IMG/VR virus record: IMGVR_UViG_3300015189_000003
Coordinates: 2,050-66,049 of that record
Origin: a virus
Length of the DNA stretch: 64,000 bases
Reading direction: 5' to 3' (one strand)
Shown here: one piece after another, positions 1 to 9,087 of the stretch
Numbering within the stretch: position 1 is the first letter of the stretch
How the letters are laid out: every line of letters starts with the position of its first letter
Translations under genes and position numbers: made by a program
The notes under the pieces: generated by a model
What the model saw: the letters and a program-made list of their open reading frames with translations, nothing else
Database searches by the model: none
What the model was told of the DNA's origin: nothing

Positions 1-3000
1 CATCGACCAAACGCCGTTTGACGGACGACTTCCAGGCGTCCGGGTTGGTTTTCTTCTCGCCCTTCTGCCCGAGCGTCCTCGGCTTCGCCAGGGCCGCGTC
101 AGACGGCGGAACGTAGCCGCCTTGTCCGGTCGGTGCTTCCGCCAGTCCGGACTTGTGCAGGGCGTCGTGGGCGGCCTGAATGGCCGAATGGACGGCGGGC
201 GAATGGCCGCTTAGCTGCTGGTGCGCGTCCGCCATCGCCGCCTTGACTTCGGGACCGTGGACAGCCGCCGAGTGATGGTCCGCCAAAGCCTCGTGGTGGA
301 CCGCCTGCGCGGCCAGGGAAGCCGCCTTGGCGTCGTCCGGCTCGTTGGCTGCCGCCTTGCTTAGAGTCTCGTGGAGAGCCTTGTGGTGGGCGTGGGAGTC
401 TTCCCGCGGTTGGTTCGCTTCCGCGATGCTTTCCGGCGTGCCGAACTTCGGCCGCTTCGGGTCGATGCCTTGCGTCGGCGCGATGACCTTCCCCGGGTCG
501 ATTCCGAACTTCTCGCGCAAGAGCTCTTCGTCGGTCGGCGGTCCCTTGGCGGCTGCAGGTGCTGCGCCAGCTTTCGCGGGCTTATTGCTCTTGTCGTGGT
601 GCTTGGCGGCCAGTTCGTATTCGCGAAACACCTTCCGCTTGTGCGTCACGTATCGCGACCAGGCGGCCAAGTCCTTCGCGTCCGCACCGTTCTTGCCGGC
701 GGCGTCCATGCCTTGAACGGCCGTCTGCCATTCGGCGTGCGCCTTGTTGGAATTTTCCCGATGGGGATTAAAACCGGCTGCAAACGGCGAATCGCCAGCC
801 GGATTGACCGGCGGAGGGGCGGAATTGTCCTGAACGGGATTGGCAGGCGTGACGTTGGGGGCGGCCGAGGGTGTTTCGTTCGCTACAGGCCCGGCTGGAC
901 CGGTTGCGGGCGAGGGTGCGGCTTGGGGCGCGGGGCCGGCGGCGGCTGGATTGGCTGGGGTCGGGGTGTTGGCTTGCGGAGGAGGTGCGGCATTGGGTTG
1001 GGCTCCTTGTCCGGTCCCCGTGCTCATCACCCCATTTTGCGGGCTTTGTGCGGGATTTTGACCGTTTTGAGGCTGTTTCGGTCCCCCTTGCTCATCGACC
1101 CGTCCGGGTGGGTTTAAGAGCGGCTTTCCACCCATGGCGGACTTGACGATGCCGGTCTTGCTCGTGTAATTCGCCTTGCCGTCCTGGCCGACAACGAAGC
1201 TGCCGGCTTCCGAGGCAAAGCCCGTCCGCCCGTCGCCAAAGTCAACGGCCAGGCCGCCGCCGACGTGCGAGCTTTTGAGCTTTGTGCCGTCTGGCATGAT
1301 GATCGCGGGCCCGTCCCCCTTCGCGGCCGACTGGCCGAGCCACGAATGCAGCTTGGCGGCGTGATTCGGGTCGAGCTTCTGACTCGCCACTTCGCCGCCG
1401 GATTTGTAATCCGGATGCTCGTGGAAAGCCCGAATCAGACCGCCGGCTTGCTCGTCGATGCCGCCGAGGGCGTTAGAGACGTGCGAATGCCGGTCCTCGT
1501 GGGACGGTTCGAGCAGCGGCTGACCGGTCATCTTGTCGGCCAGCTTTTTGCGGTCTTGCTCGCCGGTCATCTTCGGAACCTTCGGGTCGATGCCGAGCTT
1601 CGCCATGGCCCCGGCTTCGTCCGGACCTCTTTTCGGTGTGCTGTTGGCGTCAACGGTGTCCGCGGTATGCGCGGCAACGTCGTCTTTGTCCTGGCGTTCC
1701 CACCTATGGTGAGCGTTCAAAACGTACGTATGCGAACCCTTCGTCATCGTCTCGCCGACTTGATGGCCGGTCTTCCACCGAGGGTCGGTGCCGAGGCCGG
1801 CGGCGTATTGCACCGGCCCCTTGGGCTGGTCCGGCTCGTCGTCCGGAGGTGATTCGCCGCCACCTTCGTCCTGGCCCTCATCCCCCATCGCGGGCCCAAA
1901 GGCGTCCGCGACGTTCATTCCTTCGGCCCCAGGCTGTCCGGGCATTCCCCCGGGCATTCCACCTTGAGGGGCCATTTGCGGATTCTGCAAGACCTCGTCG
2001 TCGGCCGTCGGCATGGAGATACCGACCATGTCGGCAACATCCGATGCCTTGATGCGCAGGCCCATGTCCCAGGCACCCTTGACCGCGGCGAGCTTCTTTT
2101 CCGCGTTTGCCGATTCGGTGTCGATGACGAAACGAAAATTAATGTCCCGCGCCCAGGCAAATTCCGGGTTGAAGTCCTGCAGATGCCGCAAGAGCTCCCG
2201 CGTCATCGTCTCTTCGAGCTTGACGGCGTCGTATTTGATGATCGCGTTCATCGTCTCTTGATGAAGATTCGCGACTTCCGAGCCCATGCCCGTCGATTCC
2301 GCTTCGCTCGATAGCACCTGGCCGACGATGTACCGCTTGATTTGCCAGCCAAAAAACTCGTGGACGACCGACTTTAGGGCGTCGATGCCGGCCGTTGACG
2401 GCTCAATCCGGTCGATTCCGTAGCCGTCCATCGCTACGTCGCCAGGCGTCCGCGGCATCACGATTGCGTTTTGGTGGTTCTGGTTGCGGGCCATCTCCTC
2501 CATTTCCGTCTTGGCCGACGGATTGTGAGCCGGGTAATAATAAATCGTGAAGCCCGAGCCCGTCCGCTCGACGACTTCCATCAGGTGCGCCATCGTCTGC
2601 TGCTTTTGGAACCAGCACCAGTAAATCCGGTCGCGCACGCCGACACCGTGGATCCGGCCGGCCGAAAGGGCGTCCTCGTAAACGCCATCCTCGATAATAT
2701 GCCGGTGGAGAGCGATTCGAGCCCGTTCCCACGGTTCCAGGAAGTAAGCCGGCCCCTGGTCGGTCATCTCGATTTTGCGGTCGCCGGCAATCGCGTCGTG
2801 ACGGCCGTAGGACAGGCCGACCTTGATGCCGACCTCGTCGCCGTTGTGCTTGCCGGTTCCGTCGTCGTAGCGAAAGACGAGCTTGTCGCCGTTGATTGGC
2901 GACCACCGCTTGACGACGATTCGCTTCTTGCCCTTGATGTTCCGGAAGCCGTAGGCGTGCTGATTGGCGTAGCGGCCGTACCAAATCGCCTCGAGCAGGT

Positions 3001-3448
3001 TCCGCCGATATTCGGTGAAGTCGGGCGTCGCCTGCAAAATGTCCGTCAGGTCGTCGGCCATTTGCCGCTGGCGATCGTCCTTCTTGTCTTCCGGCTCGAT
3101 ATGCCAGTTGAGTAGCGCCGTGCCGCGCTGCCGAGCTTCCAGGCATTCCATGATCGCGCAGTCGTTGCGCATGATCCTGGCTTGTTCCGGCCCCTGGCTG
3201 TAGGCAATGTCCGGATTGCGATAGACTTGGCTGAAGGTCGAATGCCGGCCGGAAAACGTCAGAATTTGCGGCAGCATGTCGCGGCCGAAGTTCGGTGGAA
3301 CGCCGGCGATGCCGCGGGCCGGGTCGAGAGACGCCTTGCCGTCCTCGACGACGCGCGCGTATTTCTTGGGTAGTCGCTGGCCGGGCTTGTACGTCTTGCC
3401 GCCGTGCCGAAAACCAGAGGGGGGGGCGACCGGGTGGTTATTTTTCAT
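1..3448 (-). CDS. Portal protein (DUF935/Mu gp29-like) with a very long low-complexity C-terminal extension; 3' partial
   Basis: Not in the ORF track because it has no stop in the window. Manual translation from ATG at 3448 (MKNNHPVAPP...) stays open to position 1 (1149 codons). The first ~500 aa show DUF935-like motifs (DCAIMECLEARQR, LLEAIWYGRY, IKRYIVGQVLSS). It lies downstream of terL. Confidence 0.85.
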   Translation of the reverse strand, partial: MKNNHPVAPPSGFRHGGKTYKPGQRLPKKYARVVEDGKASLDPARGIAGVPPNFGRDMLPQILTFSGRHSTFSQVYRNPDIAYSQGPEQARIMRNDCAIMECLEARQRGTALLNWHIEPEDKKDDRQRQMADDLTDILQATPDFTEYRRNLLEAIWYGRYANQHAYGFRNIKGKKRIVVKRWSPINGDKLVFRYDDGTGKHNGDEVGIKVGLSYGRHDAIAGDRKIEMTDQGPAYFLEPWERARIALHRHIIEDGVYEDALSAGRIHGVGVRDRIYWCWFQKQQTMAHLMEVVERTGSGFTIYYYPAHNPSAKTEMEEMARNQNHQNAIVMPRTPGDVAMDGYGIDRIEPSTAGIDALKSVVHEFFGWQIKRYIVGQVLSSEAESTGMGSEVANLHQETMNAIIKYDAVKLEETMTRELLRHLQDFNPEFAWARDINFRFVIDTESANAEKKLAAVKGAWDMGLRIKASDVADMVGISMPTADDEVLQNPQMAPQGGMPGGMPGQPGAEGMNVADAFGPAMGDEGQDEGGGESPPDDEPDQPKGPVQYAAGLGTDPRWKTGHQVGETMTKGSHTYVLNAHHRWERQDKDDVAAHTADTVDANSTPKRGPDEAGAMAKLGIDPKVPKMTGEQDRKKLADKMTGQPLLEPSHEDRHSHVSNALGGIDEQAGGLIRAFHEHPDYKSGGEVASQKLDPNHAAKLHSWLGQSAAKGDGPAIIMPDGTKLKSSHVGGGLAVDFGDGRTGFASEAGSFVVGQDGKANYTSKTGIVKSAMGGKPLLNPPGRVDEQGGPKQPQNGQNPAQSPQNGVMSTGTGQGAQPNAAPPPQANTPTPANPAAAGPAPQAAPSPATGPAGPVANETPSAAPNVTPANPVQDNSAPPPVNPAGDSPFAAGFNPHRENSNKAHAEWQTAVQGMDAAGKNGADAKDLAAWSRYVTHKRKVFREYELAAKHHDKSNKPAKAGAAPAAAKGPPTDEELLREKFGIDPGKVIAPTQGIDPKRPKFGTPESIAEANQPREDSHAHHKALHETLSKAAANEPDDAKAASLAAQAVHHEALADHHSAAVHGPEVKAAMADAHQQLSGHSPAVHSAIQAAHDALHKSGLAEAPTGQGGYVPPSDAALAKPRTLGQKGEKKTNPDAWKSSVKRRLVD

Positions 3449-3464
3449 GTTTTACAGCAAGAAA

Positions 3465-3524
3465 ACGAAAAAAGCCCGCGCAAACTCCCAAAGGAATTCA
3501 CGCGGGCTCGCTGGTTGCGATACC
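3465..3524 (-). terminator. Conserved terminator/attenuator-like element, copy 1 (before portal)
   Basis: GGTATCG-N8-GAGCCCGCG...CGCGGGCT-TTTTTCGT on the minus strand, 16 nt before the portal ATG. Confidence 0.75.
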
Positions 3525-3650
3525 TACGATCGCCAGAATGTTAAAAAGTCAGTGTCGCCACGAACGTCGGCCCGGTCCCCGCTTTCCGGTTGTACAAAAT
3601 GCCGTCGTGAAGTCTTTTTAGGATGCAGGTACTGACTACGCTTGCAAAGT

Positions 3651-3723
3651 ATCCACCGGCGGGAATCGAACCCGCAAACGCCGCTTTGGAGGCGGCTGCC
3701 TTCCCATTTTAGGCTACAGTGGA
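3651..3723 (-). tRNA. trnW: tRNA-Trp (CCA)
   Basis: Acceptor TCCACTG/CGGTGGA, anticodon arm GCCGC-CTCCAAA-GCGGC, T arm GCGGG-TTCGATT-CCCGC; the 3' CCA is not encoded. Confidence 0.9.
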
Positions 3724-3795
3724 CAAAAAGCCCCTTACGGGGGCCAGTCGCCGCGGCAAAACGCAACGCGGAAACTACCCGGCATAATCCGGGCG

Positions 3796-4215
3796 TTATA
3801 TCGGCACCCTTGCGCTTTGAATCTTGTGAACTTGCCGACAGACGCAAACGACGCTGTGCAGTTGCTTTCCACGGGTGTTAAGCCGCAGGAGCGTAAGGCC
3901 ATGATACCCCGGCACTAGACTCAAGAGCAAACGCGGCTTGAGCTCCTTCACGCCCGCGGCCAGCGCCTTCGCGGCCCGCAGCGGCAGGACTTCCGTCGGC
4001 TCGTCCCAGCGGATCGTTTCCATCAGGTCATTGACCGACTCGACCTCAACCGCGTGATGCTGCGCAATCCCGTCCTGAATCGTCGTCGTCACGCGGATTT
4101 CGCCCGCGTTATTCGTGTCGAGCAGGTCTTCCAGGTCTGGGGCGATTAGCTCGCTGACCTTGCGAAGCGTTTGGCCGACGTCCGAGACGGGCGGCCGGCA
4201 GATTTTTAGGGACAT
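3796..4215 (-). CDS. Hypothetical protein
   Basis: 139-aa ORF, ATG with upstream GAGG, packed after the MTase. Confidence 0.6.
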   Translation of the reverse strand: MSLKICRPPVSDVGQTLRKVSELIAPDLEDLLDTNNAGEIRVTTTIQDGIAQHHAVEVESVNDLMETIRWDEPTEVLPLRAAKALAAGVKELKPRLLLSLVPGYHGLTLLRLNTRGKQLHSVVCVCRQVHKIQSARVPI

Positions 4216-4221
4216 GTTTCC

Positions 4222-5535
4222 TCAGTTGAACAGATAATTTTTCTTATTGGCTTCGCGGCGTCCGTTGATAATCGCGACGTGTTCGGCTTCAAGTTCGACG
4301 CCTACGCATGGAATCCCGGCGTTATCGCAGGCAATGAGCGTCGTCCCGCTGCCGGCGAACGGGTCAAGGATGCGATTCTCGCCCGGCATCGTGACCAGCT
4401 TGACCAGATATTCCATGAGCTTTAGCGGCTTGACGGTCGGATGCGTGTTGCCTTCGCCCCGGTCGGACTTGGAAGCTTTGGCGCAGTAGAAGAAGCGGGC
4501 GGCGCTGCCGGAGTCGAGACGCCGCGCGCCGGGCTTCATTGCGAAATTCGTCCCGCCTTCTTCGGCATACCGTGTTTCTTGCGACGGTTCGCCGACGCGA
4601 TTCATTGCCCCGTAGACATTGCTTGTTTTCTTGCTTGGGGCCGAATTGCTAATGTCCGCCAACTGCCCAGGGGCGGACGGAAACCCCGCCAGCACTTCTT
4701 CGCTTCCGTCGCGAATGACGTTCGCTGGCCAGCGGCCGGAATCCGAGCCAGTCCGCGAAGGCATCGACGCCCCGCCGTGATAGCCCATATCGGCGGACGG
4801 CCCCTTTCGCTGGACGATGGTTGGCTCCGTCCCCACCCTGCACCCGTCGATATTCAGCGCCCCGCAGCCATGCTCCAAGCAATTTGCCGCCACGGTCCCA
4901 CTAAGGGGCTTGCGGGCGACGATGACAGGCTCATAGGCGGGCTTGAGGGCGGTTCCATAGCCGGACCAAAGTTTCGCGGCGTCGGTTGCGGCAGTCGTGA
5001 TATTGGCAATCATCCGCTCGCCATTGTCCCGCTTGTAGTTGTCGCCGCGAATGTCCGGCCCAACGTCGCGCGTCCCAGTGACTTCCCGCTCCGCTCCCGC
5101 CGCCTTATCAATCGCCTTGCTCACATCCAGCGACTTCGGGAATCCGCTCCCGTAAATCCACATGATGCAGTCCCGAATCTCAAACCCGGCATCCTCGATA
5201 GCGCAGCAAATTCGGTGATAGGTCCGTGTGCCGCCAAAAGCGAGTAAATGAGCGCCGGGCTTGAGGACGCGCAGGACTTCCGCCCAAGTTTCAGGACGCA
5301 TGGCAACGTCGCCGCCGTCCCAGGCTTTGCCCATGAAGCCGCCGGACTTATGCCCGCGTCCAGCCTTGTTGGTCGGACCCTTTGGGCCGCCGCTGTCACT
5401 GGAATGCTTGAACGACGAATAATCGACGGAGAGATTCCCGCTCGTCAAATGATACGGCGGGTCAGTCACGCAAGCCGTGAAGCTGTCCGCTTCGAGCGTC
5501 GGCAGAACATCGAGCAGGCTTCCGTGGTGGAGCAC
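4222..5535 (-). CDS. DNA amino-methyltransferase (N6-A/N4-C, beta class)
   Basis: DPPY motif near the N-terminus and DPFAGSGTT near the C-terminus. Probable GTG start at 5535 overlaps the upstream TAG (TAGTG). Confidence 0.9.
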   Translation of the reverse strand: MLHHGSLLDVLPTLEADSFTACVTDPPYHLTSGNLSVDYSSFKHSSDSGGPKGPTNKAGRGHKSGGFMGKAWDGGDVAMRPETWAEVLRVLKPGAHLLAFGGTRTYHRICCAIEDAGFEIRDCIMWIYGSGFPKSLDVSKAIDKAAGAEREVTGTRDVGPDIRGDNYKRDNGERMIANITTAATDAAKLWSGYGTALKPAYEPVIVARKPLSGTVAANCLEHGCGALNIDGCRVGTEPTIVQRKGPSADMGYHGGASMPSRTGSDSGRWPANVIRDGSEEVLAGFPSAPGQLADISNSAPSKKTSNVYGAMNRVGEPSQETRYAEEGGTNFAMKPGARRLDSGSAARFFYCAKASKSDRGEGNTHPTVKPLKLMEYLVKLVTMPGENRILDPFAGSGTTLIACDNAGIPCVGVELEAEHVAIINGRREANKKNYLFN

Positions 5536-5759
5536 TACGCCGCCGCCTTTACAATTTGGTCGAAGAGCACCCGAGCAAACCACTTGCTTCGCCCGCTCCC
5601 ATCCTTCCCCTTGGCCGAGACGGTCCCGCGATTCTGCCCGCGGCCGCTTTCCATCCCGACCGCCACCGGAATCGGATAACAAATCCTCTTGGGCGGCTCC
5701 GTCTTCCCGCCCGCCCTCAGCCACTTCGCCACCTTCTTACACTGACTCTTCGTGTGCAT
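5535..5759 (-). CDS. Hypothetical protein
   Basis: ATG after the repeated AAAAGAGGAGATGAAGGCG leader. Confidence 0.5.
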   Translation of the reverse strand: MHTKSQCKKVAKWLRAGGKTEPPKRICYPIPVAVGMESGRGQNRGTVSAKGKDGSGRSKWFARVLFDQIVKAAA

Positions 5760-5895
5760 CGCCTTCATCTCCTCTTTTGTTATTTGCGTACCGTCGGAAG
5801 TCGTTTGGCATATCCTCTTCGTCATAGCGGACAGAAACGTCCAGCTTGACGAACGACACATCGGCCTCAACCGGAACCATCCGCGTGACTTTCAT
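5737..5895 (-). pseudogene. Small phage protein, apparently truncated at a leader repeat
   Basis: MKVTRMVPVEADVSFVKLDVSVRYDEEDMPNDF then reads through a copy of the leader repeat (NNKRGDEGDA) and stops. Confidence 0.4.
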
Positions 5896-6210
5896 CGCCT
5901 CATCTCCTCTTTTGTTAAAAGGCAACTCGTTTCCAACTCGCAAGCGGTGGGCGTCGTTGCCTGTGCCATTGCTGGGGTAACAGCCCAGCGGCAGATTAAA
6001 ATTCCAATTCGCACGCTTGCTTGACGCCCGAAACCCAACCGGCCTTAAAGGCGTCTTCCATCATGTTGATGAGCTTTCCAGCTGTTGAAGGCATTGGCCA
6101 ATGCTCAAGTATTTTCCGGACGCCAACCCTTGCCGCCGCATCGGCCTTCTCACGCTCGCGGCAATTGTTGATTAAGCAGTTCGCCTCCATCGCCTCGTCT
6201 CCTCTTTTTG
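5757..6210 (-). repeat. Three copies of a ~23-26 bp RBS/start repeat
   Basis: AAAAGAGGAGAYGA(A)GGCGATG at 5757-5782, 5893-5917 and 6188-6210. Confidence 0.85.
5996..6190 (-). CDS. Hypothetical protein
   Basis: 64-aa ORF with strong SD (GAGGAG). Confidence 0.6.
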   Translation of the reverse strand: MEANCLINNCREREKADAAARVGVRKILEHWPMPSTAGKLINMMEDAFKAGWVSGVKQACELEF

Positions 6211-6272
6211 AAAACCCCCGCCCGGCCTGCCGCGTAACAGTCCTACACTCGCAAGGTGCGCGGGCTAGGGGT

Positions 6273-6548
6273 TTAATTCCATTCGTGAACCGTCCGTAAA
6301 TCCAACATCGCGCCCCGCATTTGACCGCGGCTGATTTCCCGAATGCCGCCGACCTCGTCCATCGGCAGCGCCCGCCTTCGCGGATACATCCGCTCCCGAT
6401 GCGTCAGGTCCGACCAGGGACCGCACCAGACGCCTTCCGTGTTCACAAAGCCGACGTCCCGCACTTCCGCCGACCGCTCCGCGATTTCGTCCGGCGTCGG
6501 GTCGTTGGGTGCGGGGCCAGTTCCAGGGCGCAGGCGATTGAATGCCAT
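6273..6548 (-). CDS. Hypothetical protein
   Basis: 91-aa ORF (DPTPDEIAERSAEVR), start overlaps the upstream stop. Confidence 0.6.
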   Translation of the reverse strand: MAFNRLRPGTGPAPNDPTPDEIAERSAEVRDVGFVNTEGVWCGPWSDLTHRERMYPRRRALPMDEVGGIREISRGQMRGAMLDLRTVHEWN

Positions 6549-6955
6549 TAATTCATCCCCGCCAAAATGTCCGATTCGGCATATTCCTGCATCGACACGC
6601 CTTCGTCGCCCGCCCGGAATTGCCGGTGCTCGCCAGGAACATGCAGCCGGCGGACGTCGAATAGCTCAGGCGTCCAGGCCGGATGGAAAGCCGGATGAAA
6701 GAGCCGGTCGCTTTCCGCCATGGCACATTCGGCCCGCTCTTCCGGCGTCATGGCCGCCAGCTCTTCCGGCGGATTCTTGGCGATCGCCATGAACCCTTGC
6801 GTCCGAATGCCGTGGGTCAGACCCGGCACAAATTCGCCCTTGACGTTGCGATAACCCCAAATCTCATTCTCGCTGGGGTCGCCCTTCTGCCGCGTGGTCT
6901 TGCCGCCTTCGAGCGAAGGGTCGTCGTAACCAGTGATTTTTAGTATCGTCGACAT
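6548..6955 (-). CDS. Hypothetical protein
   Basis: ATG 6955 with AGGAGG SD; stop overlaps the next start. Confidence 0.6.
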   Translation of the reverse strand: MSTILKITGYDDPSLEGGKTTRQKGDPSENEIWGYRNVKGEFVPGLTHGIRTQGFMAIAKNPPEELAAMTPEERAECAMAESDRLFHPAFHPAWTPELFDVRRLHVPGEHRQFRAGDEGVSMQEYAESDILAGMN

Positions 6956-6980
6956 TTGTCCGGTCCTCCTAATCGGCACT

Positions 6981-7436
6981 CTAGCAGATGTTTTGAGTTG
7001 TGTCGCGTTGGGGTAATTCACTCAACTCAATAGCTTTCATCATCGCCATGGCGTCGCTCAGTGCGTTGTGCCGCAACTCGTTTTCGTAGGCTTCTTTTGG
7101 CAGGTTGCTCAGGATGCGAAAGCCCAGCGGCGGCGTATTCATCCGCTCGCCCGGCCCGACAATCAGCGACTTGCAAAAATACGCAATGTCGTCGGGCCAG
7201 TCGGCAAAAATATCGCACGTCGAAAATCGGCACAAAAACGCCTGTAACTTTTGAGTGAACTCCTCTTGCGAGATAGCTTCTCTCGCGAGAACCGGCATGA
7301 CGTTTTCGGCGACCCATTCGACAGGATCAGGGCACGCCAGCACTTCGTAAAAATATCGGCCGCCGGCAGAACAGAGGGCCATTGAAATCAACTGTCCGCC
7401 CCATCCGTTGAATTCGCAATCGAGGTAGAGCCTCAT
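6981..7436 (-). CDS. DEDDh-type 3'-5' exoribonuclease (Rv2179c/DUF5051-like)
   Basis: N-terminal LYLDCEF, later DWPDD and HNALSDA. Confidence 0.8.
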   Translation of the reverse strand: MRLYLDCEFNGWGGQLISMALCSAGGRYFYEVLACPDPVEWVAENVMPVLAREAISQEEFTQKLQAFLCRFSTCDIFADWPDDIAYFCKSLIVGPGERMNTPPLGFRILSNLPKEAYENELRHNALSDAMAMMKAIELSELPQRDTTQNIC

Positions 7437-8290
7437 CGCGGCGCCCCCCTCGTCCGAAACCCCGTCCCGTTCCCGCTTGCCGGCAGGGTGCTCGTCACAA
7501 ATCCCCGCTTCCCTTGACCGACGTCCGCCAGGCTTCTCGTCCTAAAGCCCTTTGCTGTAGCCTTCCGCGGTATATACGCAGCTCCAATGCCAGGGACCAC
7601 CTGCCCGGATACTAGTGAATATTTGTACCTAGAGCCCCCAATGGTGCCACGAATTCTTAATTTGTCCCAAACAAAGCCACCGCGAGAGTGAGCGGCCTTC
7701 ATGTCCTCGAATAGGCTTGGCGGAGTGTTGTAATACGCATAGGTCGGGCCTGGCTGTAGTGCTCGTTGGCCGCCCGCATGAGCCGCGCCGCCCTTGCTCA
7801 CCATTTGCTGGCCGGACTGCCTGCCCTTATGCGTGACAGTCCCGAGGCCAAGATTGTCGTGATTGAGATTCGCCGCGCGGAACGTGACAAAGAAAGTCGC
7901 CGTCCTAGAGCCTGGCGTTTGATGCTGGCGGAATGAGTACACATTACTGGAAAAAACGGCCAAAAATTCGTCCGTCCATTCCGCCTCATCCTCCTTCGTC
8001 GGCGGCTGCAGCAATCTTGACGGACTTGGCCGGCCGACCGGCGGCTTCCGGGTCGTCGTCCGAGCTTCCGCCCGGCCTTCGGCAGCAGCTTCGACGGCCG
8101 CTTGCATGAACCCGCCCAGGCCGCCCGGCATCGTTCTACGCGAGCCGCCGGCGAGCAAGTGATTTAGATTCGCCTGGACCTTGCGGGCGAGCGCCCCGGC
8201 CCCGCCAGCGGTCTTGGCGTGCCGTTGGGCGGCAAGCTGGGAGATACCCAAGATTCGGGCCAGGTCGAGCAGGGTGGGGTCTTTGGGCAT
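7433..8290 (-). CDS. KTSC-domain-containing protein
   Basis: TYAYYNTPPSLFEDMKAAHSRGGFVWDKLRIRG resembles the KTSC Y-x-Y-x-x-V-P...A-x-S-x-G-x-F pattern. Confidence 0.55.
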   Translation of the reverse strand: MPKDPTLLDLARILGISQLAAQRHAKTAGGAGALARKVQANLNHLLAGGSRRTMPGGLGGFMQAAVEAAAEGRAEARTTTRKPPVGRPSPSRLLQPPTKEDEAEWTDEFLAVFSSNVYSFRQHQTPGSRTATFFVTFRAANLNHDNLGLGTVTHKGRQSGQQMVSKGGAAHAGGQRALQPGPTYAYYNTPPSLFEDMKAAHSRGGFVWDKLRIRGTIGGSRYKYSLVSGQVVPGIGAAYIPRKATAKGFRTRSLADVGQGKRGFVTSTLPASGNGTGFRTRGAPR

Positions 8291-8533
8291 TTACATTCGC
8301 CTTGTCGTTTGTTTCGTCGGACGCGAACCGTCCTCTTTGTCGGGCCATGCTTCGCGACCGCGCTTCACATCCGCGACCGCTTCCGCGACAAGCTCAGGCG
8401 TCGCCGTCGCCAGGTCAACAAACGCCCATGCCCGCGGAGTGGCGGCAATGTCGGTTCCGACATAAACGCCGAGATGCCCGCCGCAGGTAATCATGCCGCC
8501 AGACTTAGCGACGCGAGCGAAATAGCTCATCAT
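8291..8533 (-). CDS. Hypothetical protein
   Basis: 80-aa ORF in the operon. Confidence 0.5.
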   Translation of the reverse strand: MMSYFARVAKSGGMITCGGHLGVYVGTDIAATPRAWAFVDLATATPELVAEAVADVKRGREAWPDKEDGSRPTKQTTRRM

Positions 8534-8536
8534 GGA

Positions 8537-8722
8537 TTACTTCGCCTTGAATTCGCCGCAGAAGTCGTCCCGCTGCTTGGGAATCTCCTGCGGGTATCGG
8601 TGGCAATGCCCGTAGGCCGTAACGTAGGATGTCCACCAATGACAGTTTTCGCAAGCCTCCGCCTTCGGCCCCTCCACCGCAGTCGGAAACGGCGCGGTCA
8701 ATCTCACTTCGTTATCTGCCAT
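8537..8722 (-). CDS. Small Cys-rich (CxxC...C-x-R-x-P...C) protein
   Basis: ACENCHWW...GHCHRYPQ...FCGEF. Confidence 0.6.
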   Translation of the reverse strand: MADNEVRLTAPFPTAVEGPKAEACENCHWWTSYVTAYGHCHRYPQEIPKQRDDFCGEFKAK

Positions 8723-9087
8723 AGCGTCTCCACCAAACATAAAACCGTTTCCCCGATTCTCCACCGCAAAGCCAGACACAGCCCGAGCAGGAACGTCAGC
8801 CAAAACCAGTTGGCCAGCGTCCAGCGGACGAAGGCGCGAAAGGCGGTCAACGCCCCTCCTTCGCCATTTCCAATTCGATTTGGTCCTGAATGTCGCGAGC
8901 GATTTTTGCAATCCGCTGCAGCTCGTCGTGCAAGTCTTGCAATTGTTCCTGGCTCATCGCTCCCACCCCTCTAAAAGTTCCATCCGGCTCAGACGGCCTT
9001 CCATTCGCCTAAGTTCTCTGTACTGCACAGACGCCAGCAAGGTCAAAGCCGCGATCGTCGCCAGCAAAACGCCGATTACGATTTCTT

